A stretch of 56,091 nt of DNA from an uncultured Eubacteriales bacterium (GCA_964611275.1 CAZSZS010000117.1:1-56091); one strand, 5' to 3'; shown: positions 39,210-49,355, counted from the stretch's first letter. Notes: generated from the sequence alone by a model not told the origin. Numbers and translations: made by a program.

Positions 39210-40709
39210 ATGAACATCAATACAAAAAAATTACTAACCATGGTTTTTGTTGGAACAGTGACTGTATTTTTTACGTGCAGCGCAACCGGATATGGCCTGG
39301 ATAGCGCTATAGACGTCAAAGAATTAACTAAAAAAGTCGCCCCTTCGGTTGTTAGGGTGGAAGCTGTAAACGGTATGAGAAAAGTAGCAACCGGTGTGGT
39401 CATAGGGAAAGACGGATATATTGTCACGACCGCATTGGTTTCTCCTATCGGAACGAATATTTTTGTGAGAACTTCAAGCGGAGAGAAGTTCGAAGCAGAG
39501 TTTATTGGAATGGACCCGGTCACTCATATTGCTTTGGTTAAAGCTGAAGGCAGGAACTGGGATGAGATCGAATGGGGAGAAAAAGAGGAAGTTGATACAG
39601 GCTCATGGATCGGAGTCATCTCAATATCTCCTGAAGATTCTACGGCTGTAACAAGCGGTATAGTGAGTTCCGTAAGCCGGGATAGAATCCGTTTAAATGT
39701 GTGTTTGATGCCTGGTTCGAGCGGAAGTCCTGTTTTGAATGAAAAAGGCAGGATGGTCGGTTTAATCAGAGGTGTTTATTCGGGTCAGACAATGTTGGAT
39801 GTTATTAGGGATGATGATCCCAGAAGGAATATAGTCGGAGGAAGTCTTTCATTAAGCATTGTTGGAACGCCTGTCTCCGGCCTGGCCGTAGCTGTTCCGA
39901 TTGATGTTGTGAGGAAGGTGGCTACGGAGATCAGAGAAAAGGGGAAAGTCCAGAGAGGGTGGCTTGGAGTATCCATAATAGAAAATAGTAATGAAGAGAT
40001 AGAGGTCTATGACGTGGATGTAGACAGCCCTGCGGAAAAAGAAGGAATAAGAAAAGGAGATATTATTGTAGAATTTGACGGCGAAAAAGTAACCGGCTCC
40101 AATATACTGGCGCATGACATCATGATGCACAGGCCTGGTGATAAAGTGGAAATAGTGGTCAAAAGAGACAATAAAACAAAAAACTTTAACGTCGAGTTGA
40201 GCGAGTACTCGGAAAAAAATATAATGGCGGAATTCAAGGAAAAATATCCTCTTCTCTTTTCCCCCGATAAGTTCAGATTGGAAAAAATTACCAGACCTGA
40301 TGGTTGGTACTTTTCGCTCGTTGAAAAAGAAAGAAATCATATTGGTGTTTATCTCGAAGAGATCAACAGGGACCTTTCTGAGTATTTTGGAGTGAACAAG
40401 GGGACAGGTTTGCTGGTCACAAAAGTCGTCAAAGATGGGCCTGCAGAGAGAGCAGGGCTGCAGGTAGGTGATGTTATTATAAAGTCTGATGGAAAAAGAA
40501 TAGAAAAAATGAAAGAGCTGGAAGAAATAATCCAGAGAAAAAAGGAAGAGGAGAAGATCAGTCTTGAAGTTGTTCGGAATGCAAAAGTGAAAAAGATCGA
40601 GGTTGTTGTGGAGCGGGAAGAAAAAGATTTTCCTTTTTTGTCCGAAAACCTGGAAGTGAGCATCATAGAGAGGCCTTCCAGAGAAAAATCGAACAGTATC
40701 GGTGCATAG
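39210..40709 (+). CDS. HtrA/DegP-like protein with trypsin-fold domain and two PDZ domains, altered catalytic triad
   Basis: PSVVRV, ATGVVIGKDGYIVTTALV, GMDPVTHIALVK, PGSSGSP, RGWLGV, SPAEKEGIRKGD, GPAERAGLQVGD. Confidence 0.88.
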   Translation: MNINTKKLLTMVFVGTVTVFFTCSATGYGLDSAIDVKELTKKVAPSVVRVEAVNGMRKVATGVVIGKDGYIVTTALVSPIGTNIFVRTSSGEKFEAEFIGMDPVTHIALVKAEGRNWDEIEWGEKEEVDTGSWIGVISISPEDSTAVTSGIVSSVSRDRIRLNVCLMPGSSGSPVLNEKGRMVGLIRGVYSGQTMLDVIRDDDPRRNIVGGSLSLSIVGTPVSGLAVAVPIDVVRKVATEIREKGKVQRGWLGVSIIENSNEEIEVYDVDVDSPAEKEGIRKGDIIVEFDGEKVTGSNILAHDIMMHRPGDKVEIVVKRDNKTKNFNVELSEYSEKNIMAEFKEKYPLLFSPDKFRLEKITRPDGWYFSLVEKERNHIGVYLEEINRDLSEYFGVNKGTGLLVTKVVKDGPAERAGLQVGDVIIKSDGKRIEKMKELEEIIQRKKEEEKISLEVVRNAKVKKIEVVVEREEKDFPFLSENLEVSIIERPSREKSNSIGA

Positions 40710-40781
40710 AAGTCTAAGCTTGCTTTTGTGCTCAAATTTTCCCGGAGGCAGGAAGTTGATAAAATTTCTTGCCTCCTTTTT

Positions 40782-41384
40782 TTATCTTTTTTTTTGTTTT
40801 TTTTTCAATCCCAGCCATTCTTTTTGAATATCAGTAAATTTTTTTTCAGAAAGACGGGATTTTTCATACAATCCTTTTTGAATTCTCTGCCGGCATGCTT
40901 CATAGAGTATGATTCCGGCAGATACGGATAAATTAAGGCTCTGTGCCATACCAAACATGGGGATTTGAATAAGATGATCGGAAAGTTGTACAGCTTCTTT
41001 CGTGACTCCCTGTAATTCATTACCAAACACAATAGCTATGGGTTGGGTGTAGTCTACAGAAGTATAATCTGCCGCTTCAGGACCGAGATGCGTGCAGGCG
41101 ATTTTAAAACCCTGTTTTTTTAATAAGCTGAGACATTCCTTAGTGGAAGAGTAATGGTTGAATTTGATCCATTTTTCCGCCCTTGTAGATATCGACTCAT
41201 TTATTGGGAATGGCTCAGGTCTTGTATGTATGATATCCATAAAGAGGATCCCTGCAGCATCACATGTCCTTACTACGGCGCTGGCATTATGGGTATTGGT
41301 TATGTCTTCAAGTACGACTCTGAGGTCGGGCTGGCGCAGGCCCAGGACATCTTTGACTCGTTTTTTCCTCTTTTTAGTAGGCAT
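40782..41384 (-). CDS. trmH: tRNA (Gm18) 2'-O-methyltransferase, SpoU family
   Basis: HNASAVVRTCDA, VFGNE..G, IPMFGMAQSLNLSV. Confidence 0.88.
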   Translation of the reverse strand: MPTKKRKKRVKDVLGLRQPDLRVVLEDITNTHNASAVVRTCDAAGILFMDIIHTRPEPFPINESISTRAEKWIKFNHYSSTKECLSLLKKQGFKIACTHLGPEAADYTSVDYTQPIAIVFGNELQGVTKEAVQLSDHLIQIPMFGMAQSLNLSVSAGIILYEACRQRIQKGLYEKSRLSEKKFTDIQKEWLGLKKKQKKR

Positions 41385-41385
41385 T

Positions 41386-41934
41386 TCAAGTTATGATGAT
41401 TTTGATTATCAGAGCTGCCCAAAAAATCAGCACTCCGATGAAAGCTCTGTATTCTTTGTTGTTTAAATACAAGGACCATTTGAAAACCTTTTTTTCTTCA
41501 GATATTTGTGGTCTGAGTGAGGGCATTAACAGGGGGACTTGTTTGAATACTTGATATTCAGAGGGAAAAAGACTTTCCATTTTTTGTTTTTCTACGTCTA
41601 TGATGACAGGGTAAAATATGAGAAAGTAAAGACAAAAAATGCCAAAAACCCACCAGGAATGAGCTCCTGCTGTGACACCTATTCCTATAATAAGGTTACC
41701 AAAATAAAGAGGGTTTCTTGTGTACCTGTAGGGACCGGACATGGATAATTTTTCTTCTTTCTGGATATGGCCGCAGGCCCAGGTTCTTAAAAATAAACCA
41801 AGTAGTGAGATAAAAAAACCTATGATCACAGATCTGAAGGAAGGTCTGGACAGTATGATGGCTGCTGCAGCCGCTAGGGATCCTGTTCGGACTCTCCACC
41901 TGTAAATTGTTTTTTTAAATTCTGTTCTCTTCAT
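41386..41934 (-). CDS. Isoprenylcysteine carboxyl methyltransferase (ICMT/PEMT) family membrane methyltransferase
   Basis: LRTWACGHI.K...GPYRYTRNPLYFG; EKQ.M...F..EY..F..VP. Confidence 0.85.
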   Translation of the reverse strand: MKRTEFKKTIYRWRVRTGSLAAAAAIILSRPSFRSVIIGFFISLLGLFLRTWACGHIQKEEKLSMSGPYRYTRNPLYFGNLIIGIGVTAGAHSWWVFGIFCLYFLIFYPVIIDVEKQKMESLFPSEYQVFKQVPLLMPSLRPQISEEKKVFKWSLYLNNKEYRAFIGVLIFWAALIIKIIIT

Positions 41935-41937
41935 TAT

Positions 41938-42987
41938 TTATTTATCCAGTATCTCTTTACATAAATGAGCGACTTCGGAAGGCTTGATTCTCTTCAGGCA
42001 GTCCAGTTTATCACATGTATGCTTGTAACAGTAGCTGCAGTCAAGCTCGCGGAAAGCGACCTTGTCATTTTTGTTAAAAGGGCCGTTTCGATTCGGGTCC
42101 GTTGGGCCGAATATGCCAACGACAGGGGTGGAAAGGGCACAGGCCGCCTGAAGGGGGAAGGAGTCGCCGCTGACTACGAGGACTGATTTATGGATGAGGG
42201 CCAAGACTTCTTTTACGGACAGAAAAGGAACGGTCGCCACGCCTGTTTCTTTACTGATTTTGACAGCAGTCTGTTTTTCCTCGTCGTTTCCCCACAAAAT
42301 CAAAGGAGTGAGATTTTTTAGATCCAGCATTTTTATGAGCTTTATCCAGTGGTTCGGAAACCATCTTTTGCTCTGCCAAGCGCCTCCGATATTAAAAAGG
42401 GCCACATGTTTACTGATGTTGGTTCCATTTTTTTTTAGCTTATTCTGAGTGGATTCAAGTAGGCTTGGAGATATCCGAAGAGGGAAGTCCCATCGTTCCT
42501 CATGTATTCCCAGTAGGGAGAGCAGTTGTAAATTTTTACGGATGACATGCGTCTTTTCGGATACAGGTTTGAGATGATGGGTGTAGAAGAGTGAGGCAGC
42601 CGGTTCTTTTAAATTTTTTCTGTGAAAACCCATTCTTTTCTCAGCTTTTGATAAAAAGGATATCAATCCTGATTTAATAAGGCCCTGAAAGTCCAGTGTA
42701 ATGCTTTTTTTTTGCCGTATATTTGATTTGACTTCATTGAGGGTCGACCAAAAACCGCGGCTGTAGAGCGGTTTGTTTTTGATATCAATGGTTATGACCC
42801 GGTCCAGCCCTTCGACTAGATCTAAAATCTGTCCTGCTTTTTTTTCCGCAATCCAGGATATGTTCTTTTGAGGAAATGAGCTCCTTAAGACCGAATAAGC
42901 AGGAAGAGTGTGGATGACGTCACCCAGAGAGGAGAGCTTTATGATGCAGATATCCTTATATTCTGAAAATCTATTTTGTGTCTTCAT
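41938..42987 (-). CDS. waaC: LPS heptosyltransferase I (GT9)
   Basis: IKLSSLGDVIHTLP, DFQGLIKS, SKRW, VSGDS, IFGPT. Confidence 0.85.
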   Translation of the reverse strand: MKTQNRFSEYKDICIIKLSSLGDVIHTLPAYSVLRSSFPQKNISWIAEKKAGQILDLVEGLDRVITIDIKNKPLYSRGFWSTLNEVKSNIRQKKSITLDFQGLIKSGLISFLSKAEKRMGFHRKNLKEPAASLFYTHHLKPVSEKTHVIRKNLQLLSLLGIHEERWDFPLRISPSLLESTQNKLKKNGTNISKHVALFNIGGAWQSKRWFPNHWIKLIKMLDLKNLTPLILWGNDEEKQTAVKISKETGVATVPFLSVKEVLALIHKSVLVVSGDSFPLQAACALSTPVVGIFGPTDPNRNGPFNKNDKVAFRELDCSYCYKHTCDKLDCLKRIKPSEVAHLCKEILDK

Positions 42988-43459
42988 TCGTTTTGGGGTT
43001 GATTTCCATGATTATTTCAGATGTGGATTTGATTTTTGGCCCTCCCACTATGGCCACTTTCCCTCCGTAGCTGTTCACCACATCTTTCTCCGGAACCGTC
43101 TCTTCAGTATAGTCAGATCCTTTGGCATGTATGTCCGGTTTGAGAGAGAGTAGAATACGGGAAACATCACTTTCATGAAAAATGATGATATAGTCCACAC
43201 ATTCAAACGCAGACAATATCTCGGCTCTTTGGTTTTGGTTTAAAATAGGTCTTCCCGGGCCTTTAAGGCGGGTTACAGATGAATCACTGTTAAGAGCTGT
43301 CACCAGGATATCTCCTCTCATACGCGCGCCCCTGAGATATCTTATGTGTCCCGCATGTATGAGGTCAAAACATCCGTTGGCAAGGACCACGATTTTTCCC
43401 TCATTCTTATGTTTTGAAATGATTTGTTTGAGCTTCTTTAACGAGATTATTTTATTCAA
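42971..43459 (-). CDS. D-glycero-beta-D-manno-heptose 1-phosphate adenylyltransferase (HldC/RfaE2)
   Basis: NGCFDLIHAGH, NSDSSV..LKG..RPI, KGSDY, STS. Confidence 0.92.
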   Translation of the reverse strand: MNKIISLKKLKQIISKHKNEGKIVVLANGCFDLIHAGHIRYLRGARMRGDILVTALNSDSSVTRLKGPGRPILNQNQRAEILSAFECVDYIIIFHESDVSRILLSLKPDIHAKGSDYTEETVPEKDVVNSYGGKVAIVGGPKIKSTSEIIMEINPKTNEDTK

Positions 43460-44469
43460 TTTTTGGAAACGATCGCCTCCTTCAATTCTTCAATGGAAAC
43501 CATGGCCGTACCCTTTTTCATAACCACAATGCCCGCTGCATAATTAGCTATCAGTGCGGCATCCTCAAGTTCTGCGCCTGCGCTGAGAGCAAGGGTTAAC
43601 ACACTTATGACTGTGTCTCCAGCTCCTGTGACATCTACAATTTCATCCGTGCCGAAAATGTCTATATTACTAGACTTTTTGCCTTTTTGGAACAGCATCA
43701 TGCCTTTTGATCCTCTGGTTAGGAGTATGGAGTCACTTCCTGTCTTTTCCAGCAGCTTTTCTCCGGCTTTTTCGGGAGAGCCGATATCATCGTAGATATC
43801 TAAACCCAAAGCCTTTTTCGCCTCATTTTCATTAGGCGTTGAGACCGTTGTGTTTTTGAACTCGAGCAGCCTGAACCGGGAGTCCACCGCAACTGTAATC
43901 CCTGCTTGCCTGAACCGGGGGAGAACTTCATCATAGATATCTTTTTTGACAGTGAAATAGTTGTAATCAGATATTAGGACAGCATCAGCTTTATGTGATG
44001 AATGGATCAAGGCATTCAGAATGGAATCTTTGATCTTCTTTGTGTCCGGCACTTTACTTTCTTTGTCTATTCTTAGTATTTGCTGTTTAATGGTTGATTC
44101 CTCACCAGCCATTATCCTTGTTTTAGAAGGAGTGACATAATGCGCTTTCCTGATGAGATATTTTGAAGGAATTCCGTGATTTTCAATTATTTTGATCGCT
44201 TCTTTTCCTGATTTCTTTGTGCCCAATACTCCGACAGGGATTGGGGATGCTCCGAGGGATTTCAAATTCAAAAGGGAGTTACCTGCTCCGCCCAATGAAA
44301 ACAGATTGTTTTTGTAGGAAAGTATCAGCACGGGAGCTTCTCTTGAAATGCGGCGTGTATGACCATAAATATATTCATCAAGAAGGTAGTCTCCCCAGAC
44401 CACTATTTTTTTTCCGGAGAAATTGTCAATGATCTTGAGTAAATTTTTCTTTTTTTTGTTCAATGGCAT
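43456..44469 (-). CDS. D-glycero-beta-D-manno-heptose 7-phosphate kinase (HldA/RfaE1)
   Basis: GD..LDEY, RISREAPV, GGAGN, ISDY, TPNE.E, DVTGAGDTV. Confidence 0.92.
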   Translation of the reverse strand: MPLNKKKKNLLKIIDNFSGKKIVVWGDYLLDEYIYGHTRRISREAPVLILSYKNNLFSLGGAGNSLLNLKSLGASPIPVGVLGTKKSGKEAIKIIENHGIPSKYLIRKAHYVTPSKTRIMAGEESTIKQQILRIDKESKVPDTKKIKDSILNALIHSSHKADAVLISDYNYFTVKKDIYDEVLPRFRQAGITVAVDSRFRLLEFKNTTVSTPNENEAKKALGLDIYDDIGSPEKAGEKLLEKTGSDSILLTRGSKGMMLFQKGKKSSNIDIFGTDEIVDVTGAGDTVISVLTLALSAGAELEDAALIANYAAGIVVMKKGTAMVSIEELKEAIVSKN

Positions 44470-44558
44470 TCAGTCACATTTTTTTATCAGAATCCAGGGA
44501 AAAAAGCAAATCATAAGCAGGCTTCTATTATGATGAATCCTATCGAAAGCCTAGTGTT

Positions 44559-44587
44559 TTGACATTCTCTTTATATAATGATACAAT
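44559..44587 (+). promoter_or_regulatory. Sigma70-type promoter for the AsnB-like gene
   Basis: TTGACA-N17-TACAAT with a TG extension. Confidence 0.6.
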
Positions 44588-44692
44588 GAGTGTCATAAAT
44601 TATTGAAAATAAAGAAAATAGATATTTCTTAAGATCATTAAAGTATTTATTACAAAAAAATACATAAAAATGAGAGAGGAGAAGTTTTTATC

Positions 44693-46036
44693 ATGGCAGG
44701 AATTGCAGGTGTTGATAAGATCGGCAGAGAGAAAGAAGTCGGGGCTATGTTAGCAAAGATTTCTCACCGGGGAGGATATGGGAAAGAGGTCAAGCAGAAA
44801 AGAAACACGACTCTTGGGATCGTTTATCCAAAAGTCCAGGCTGACCATGCTGAAAGAGTCTGTAAAGGAATAGTGGCGGACGAAGCTGAAGACGGTCACT
44901 GTGCAGTGGCTAAGGCTGAAAACGGAGGAGTGACCTTGGAAAGGGATTTATTAGGTGTGGCTCCTTTGTATTATGGAAGAGGCGAGAATGAAGAGCTTTA
45001 CTTTGCCTCTGAGGTGAAAGCTTTATTGGGGATGAGCGGAGATATCCGGCAGGTCCCAAAGGGAAGTCGGTTTGACGGCCAAAAAACAGAGGAATATTTC
45101 AGCATCGAAAAAAACGGCCAGCTTGACGAAACCGCTGATGAGATAGCCAAAGGCTTGAAGGATAAGCTGACTGAATCTATAAAAAAACGGATAAAACTGG
45201 GAGGCAAAGTAGGAGCATGGCTTTCCGGAGGTCTTGACTCGAGCGCTCTGTCTGCTCTGGCAAAAAAATATTTTAATGGGTTACAGACATTTGCCGCCGG
45301 AGTCAAAGGAGCGCCTGACCTTGAGTTTGCAAGAGAAGTCGCCCGTTTCATAGATTCTAAACACCATGAAGTGATTATGAGCTTTGATGAATTGTTAAAG
45401 ATTTTGCCTGAGGTCATCTATCATCTGGAGTCATTCGATGCTCTTCTTATCCGTTCGACTCTAACGAATTATGTGGTTGCGCATAAAGCTTCGAATCATG
45501 TTGAAGCTGTCTTTTCAGGAGAAGGAGGAGATGAATTGTTCGCCGGTTACGAATACCTGAAAGAGATAGGTAAGGATAAGTTAAGAGAAGAGCTTATGGA
45601 TATAACAGGAAGACTGCATAACACAGCCCTGCAAAGAGTGGATCGAAGCGCTTCAGCACATGGCACAGTGGCTCATGTGGGTTTTTTGGATCCGGAAGTC
45701 GTTGATTATGCGATGAAAATTCCTGTCAAGTACAAGATACATAATGGTGTTGAAAAATGGATTCTGAGGAAGGCAATGGAAGGAGAGCTTCCTGAGAATG
45801 TTCTTCGCCGCAAAAAGGCCAAATTTTGGCAGGGAGCAGGAGTGACTGAGCTGATTTCTGATTATGCTGAGAAAGAAATTACAGATGAAGATTTTCAGAG
45901 AGAGAGAAAACTAAAAAACGGCTGGGTTTTGAATTCAAAAGAAGAGCTTCTTTATTATCGTTATTTTAAAGAGCATTTCGGTGAAATGGAAAACCTCTCA
46001 TGGATGGGAAGAACCAAAGGAGCTCCTGAAGTCTGA
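44693..46036 (+). CDS. Asparagine synthetase-related ATP-pyrophosphatase amide ligase lacking the N-terminal Cys
   Basis: MAGIAG start, HRG, RD.LGVAPLYY, FASEVKAL, WLSGGLDSS, SGEGGDELFAGY, LQRVDR, EKWILR. Confidence 0.85.
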   Translation: MAGIAGVDKIGREKEVGAMLAKISHRGGYGKEVKQKRNTTLGIVYPKVQADHAERVCKGIVADEAEDGHCAVAKAENGGVTLERDLLGVAPLYYGRGENEELYFASEVKALLGMSGDIRQVPKGSRFDGQKTEEYFSIEKNGQLDETADEIAKGLKDKLTESIKKRIKLGGKVGAWLSGGLDSSALSALAKKYFNGLQTFAAGVKGAPDLEFAREVARFIDSKHHEVIMSFDELLKILPEVIYHLESFDALLIRSTLTNYVVAHKASNHVEAVFSGEGGDELFAGYEYLKEIGKDKLREELMDITGRLHNTALQRVDRSASAHGTVAHVGFLDPEVVDYAMKIPVKYKIHNGVEKWILRKAMEGELPENVLRRKKAKFWQGAGVTELISDYAEKEITDEDFQRERKLKNGWVLNSKEELLYYRYFKEHFGEMENLSWMGRTKGAPEV

Positions 46037-46067
46037 TTCAATCAGTATCTTAAGAGAGCTGTTATAT

Positions 46068-46111
46068 GGGCGGATACGGCTTTGGCTAATCCGGTTAGAT
46101 TGTATCCACCC
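46068..46111. terminator. GC-rich hairpin between convergent genes (terminator or REP-like)
   Basis: GGGCGGATAC...GTATCCACCC stem extended by G-U pairs on the + strand. Confidence 0.4.
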
Positions 46112-46144
46112 TCCAGCCGGTCATAAACAAAGCCTGTTAAGGAT

Positions 46145-47413
46145 CTATTTGTTTTTGGATGGCTCATCTTTATCGGTGTCTTTCTTTTTGATTTTGATCG
46201 TCACTATATTCGTATCGGTTGCTCTTTGTATGTAAAGGGTGGAACCAGGAGCTTCAATGACCTCTCCTTTTTTGGGAATCCTGTTTAATTTGCTTATAGC
46301 ATATCCTCCTATTGTTTCGTAGTCTGCCTTGGGAATATGCAGTTGAAAGAGTTCATTGATTTCTTCAATACTCATCCTGGCATTTACTAGGATTGAGCCG
46401 TCCTTCTGGATCACATATTCGGGTTTGAATTCATCATATTCGTCTTCTATTTCACCCACCACTTCCTCCAAAATGTCTTCAATGGTCACAATGCCTTCTG
46501 TGCCTCCGAATTCGTCCACAATAATAGCGATGTTCACACCGCTGTTCTGCAGCTCTTTCAGGAGAACAGCTGCTTTTTTAGTAGGAGGGACATAATAGGC
46601 TTTCCGGATAAAATGTTTGATCTTTTTGCTCCCTTTTTCGCCAAGAATGTCAAAATTGTTCAGAATCCCGATGATTCTGTCTATTCTTTTTTGGAACACC
46701 GGGAGTCTTCTGTGCTTTGATTCCACAAAGAGAGAGACGGCATCTTTCACAGTCGCTCTAGCACTGATGGCTTTAACATCTATTAGGGGAACCATGATTT
46801 CAGAAACCTCTGTTTCAGAAAAATCAAGAAGCCGGTTGATCATTTGCCGCTCACTTTGCTTAACATCACTTTTGCCGTGCTTGAAGTTCATCATATGCTT
46901 CATTTCTTCTTTTGTTACAAAGGGAATTTTCTTGTCCTGATGTTTTCCCTTAGAAAGAGTCACAAAGACATTTGCGGTTTTGGCGAAGACCCAGACAACA
47001 GGAAAGAAAAGCAGTGAGAAAAAGCGAATCACATAGGATATCTTCGGGGTCAGTTGATTGGCAAGCTGTTGAAAAATGCTTTTGGGCACTATTTCTGCGA
47101 AGATCCAGTTTGTAAAGGCCATGACAATAATAGAGACTGGGATGCCGGGCGGGCCGAATAATTTGTAAAAAAGCGAGGCAGAAACAGTTGTGCTGGTAAT
47201 AACAGATAGATTTGTTCCCAAGAGAGTGGTGCCGAGTATACATTCAGGTTTTTTTAACAATTTCAAAGCAAGGGAAGAGGGCGGATGCCCTTTTTTAGAC
47301 AGATGTCTCAGTTGGATTTTATCAACGGAAACAAGTGCGATTTCCGAGCCGGAAAAGAAAGCCTCGCTTAAAACACACACAAGAATTATTAATATGTGAA
47401 TGGTAATAGACAT
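46145..47413 (-). CDS. CNNM/CorB (hemolysin-family) CBS-domain Mg2+ transporter, paralog 2
   Basis: [24 protein letters not shown] pair, [26 protein letters not shown], CorC domain. Confidence 0.88.
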   Translation of the reverse strand: MSITIHILIILVCVLSEAFFSGSEIALVSVDKIQLRHLSKKGHPPSSLALKLLKKPECILGTTLLGTNLSVITSTTVSASLFYKLFGPPGIPVSIIVMAFTNWIFAEIVPKSIFQQLANQLTPKISYVIRFFSLLFFPVVWVFAKTANVFVTLSKGKHQDKKIPFVTKEEMKHMMNFKHGKSDVKQSERQMINRLLDFSETEVSEIMVPLIDVKAISARATVKDAVSLFVESKHRRLPVFQKRIDRIIGILNNFDILGEKGSKKIKHFIRKAYYVPPTKKAAVLLKELQNSGVNIAIIVDEFGGTEGIVTIEDILEEVVGEIEDEYDEFKPEYVIQKDGSILVNARMSIEEINELFQLHIPKADYETIGGYAISKLNRIPKKGEVIEAPGSTLYIQRATDTNIVTIKIKKKDTDKDEPSKNK

Positions 47414-48666
47414 TATCTTTTTTTTACGGTTATGGAATCAATCCTGTTTTTTGTGATTTTATCCACGGTGAATAACAAATTATTGTATTTTATTTTCATG
47501 TTTTCTTTAGGGAGCTCCCCAAACAATGTGAAAAGAAAACCTCCTATTGTTTCCATTTTTTTTGATTTTAAGTCAGCACCGATGAGTTGATTGAATTTAT
47601 CCAATGGCATGTTTGCTTTAATTCGAAATGTCGTACTGCTTATTTTTTGATGGTGCTTTTTTTCTTTTTCGTATTCATCAGAAATATCACCGAATATAAG
47701 TTCAAGCAGGTCCTCCATGGTCACAAGGCCCTGTATGCCACCGTACTCATCCAGGGCTATGGCAAAGGACATTTTTCTTCGCTGGAATGTTCTGAAAAGA
47801 TCGTCAGCTCTTTTATTTAAAGGGGTAAAATAGGGTTCTCTCAGGATTTTGATCAATGTTTTTTCTGATTCCTCTATTTCTTGTGTTTTCAATCCTATAA
47901 GATCCGTGGCAAATAAGATTCCAATGATATTATCACGGCTTTTTTTGTATACGGGCACTTTGGAGTAATGGCTTTGTTTTATTTTTTGAATCATTTCTGT
48001 TAAGGGCATTTCAAAGGGCAGACAGAAGAGATTGGAGTGAGGGGTCATCACTTCATCGATAGTGGTGTCTCCAAAATCAAATACTTTAAAAATATATTTT
48101 TTTTCAGAGTCGTCCAGAACTCCTTCTTTTTCGCTTTCCTCTACAATGGTTTTGACTATATCTTCCGTGAGGATGCTTTCCTTTCTTGACTGCTTTCTGA
48201 TAAAAATATTGACCACTTGGTCTGAAATTTTTTTGATAAGCCATCTCAGAGGCCTTATCATGGTTTCGAATATGGTTAAAGGGGTGATCACGAAGGAAGA
48301 GAATTTCTTATTGTTATAGATAGCTATTGTTTTGGGTGTGATCTCACCAAACAGAAGCAGTACGGGGAGAACGATTACGATATTGATCCACGGAGTATTC
48401 TGGCCGAATAGATGAATAATGATCCATGCGGAAAGAGAAGATAAAGCAATATTGACAAACTCATTTCCTAAAAGGATAGTGATGATCAAGCTTCGGGGGG
48501 AATTCAATAATTTACGTATTTTTATCCCTTTTTTCGGATTTTTCAGAACCATTTTTTCGATTTGGTAGTGAGACAGAGAGAAGAAAGCGGTCTCAGAGCC
48601 TGAAAAGAATGCGGATAGACAAAGGAGGATAAATAAAATTGAGAATTCTATATAGAGAGAAACCAT
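47413..48666 (-). CDS. CNNM/CorB (hemolysin-family) CBS-domain Mg2+ transporter, paralog 1
   Basis: FFSGSETAF, ILLGNEFVN, GEITPKT, DEYGGIQGLVTMEDLLE. Confidence 0.88.
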   Translation of the reverse strand: MVSLYIEFSILFILLCLSAFFSGSETAFFSLSHYQIEKMVLKNPKKGIKIRKLLNSPRSLIITILLGNEFVNIALSSLSAWIIIHLFGQNTPWINIVIVLPVLLLFGEITPKTIAIYNNKKFSSFVITPLTIFETMIRPLRWLIKKISDQVVNIFIRKQSRKESILTEDIVKTIVEESEKEGVLDDSEKKYIFKVFDFGDTTIDEVMTPHSNLFCLPFEMPLTEMIQKIKQSHYSKVPVYKKSRDNIIGILFATDLIGLKTQEIEESEKTLIKILREPYFTPLNKRADDLFRTFQRRKMSFAIALDEYGGIQGLVTMEDLLELIFGDISDEYEKEKKHHQKISSTTFRIKANMPLDKFNQLIGADLKSKKMETIGGFLFTLFGELPKENMKIKYNNLLFTVDKITKNRIDSITVKKR

Positions 48667-48932
48667 CCTGGGTTTATAGAGTCTTCATAAAAATTTTGAT
48701 TCCATATATTCTATCCCCTTAATATACCAAGTGAATCCGGATTGTCAAATCACAAATTCCTATTGAGTGATTGAATGAGCTGAGTTTTTTCTATGCTTGT
48801 CTTTTGAAAAAATCTTGCATATCGAAGAAAAGAAACTGATAATAGTAACAGTGACGTTTTATAGGAATACTTCAGGATAAGTATTTTTCTTTATATAATA
48901 GTGCTGGTAAACATAAGGAAACAGGAGTTGAA

Positions 48933-49355
48933 ATGGGCATTAAAATTGTGATCGTTGATGACGACAGGACGACTCTGGCTATAATGGAGAAGACATTGAT
49001 CATGAAGGGATTTTGGGTGTACAGCGCAAGGGACGGAGAAGAGGGATTTGAACTGATAAAAAAAGAGAAGCCGGCTTTAGTGATCAGTGATATGCTGATG
49101 CCCAAAATACACGGATTCGATTTATGCAAAAAAATAAAAAATTCTGATGAACATAAAAACACAAAAGTCATCTTGATGACAGCTGTCTACAAAAGTAATC
49201 TCGCACTTAAACACGAAGCAAAAGAATGCGGAGCGGAAGATATCATGAACAAACCATTGGATATGAATCTGATGCTCAACAAAATCTATACAATACTGGA
49301 TTTAAGCCAGGATGACCTGAAAAACAACAAGGATGGCATTGACTCCGAGGATTGA
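48933..49355 (+). CDS. Stand-alone response regulator receiver
   Basis: IVDDD, ISDMLMP (phosphoacceptor Asp), MTA, KP. Confidence 0.9.
   Translation: MGIKIVIVDDDRTTLAIMEKTLIMKGFWVYSARDGEEGFELIKKEKPALVISDMLMPKIHGFDLCKKIKNSDEHKNTKVILMTAVYKSNLALKHEAKECGAEDIMNKPLDMNLMLNKIYTILDLSQDDLKNNKDGIDSED

Noticed and set aside
44470-46144. Lasso peptide or beta-lactam biosynthetic cluster around the Cys-less AsnB homologue
   Set aside because: No precursor peptide, leader peptidase, RRE protein or tailoring genes adjacent.
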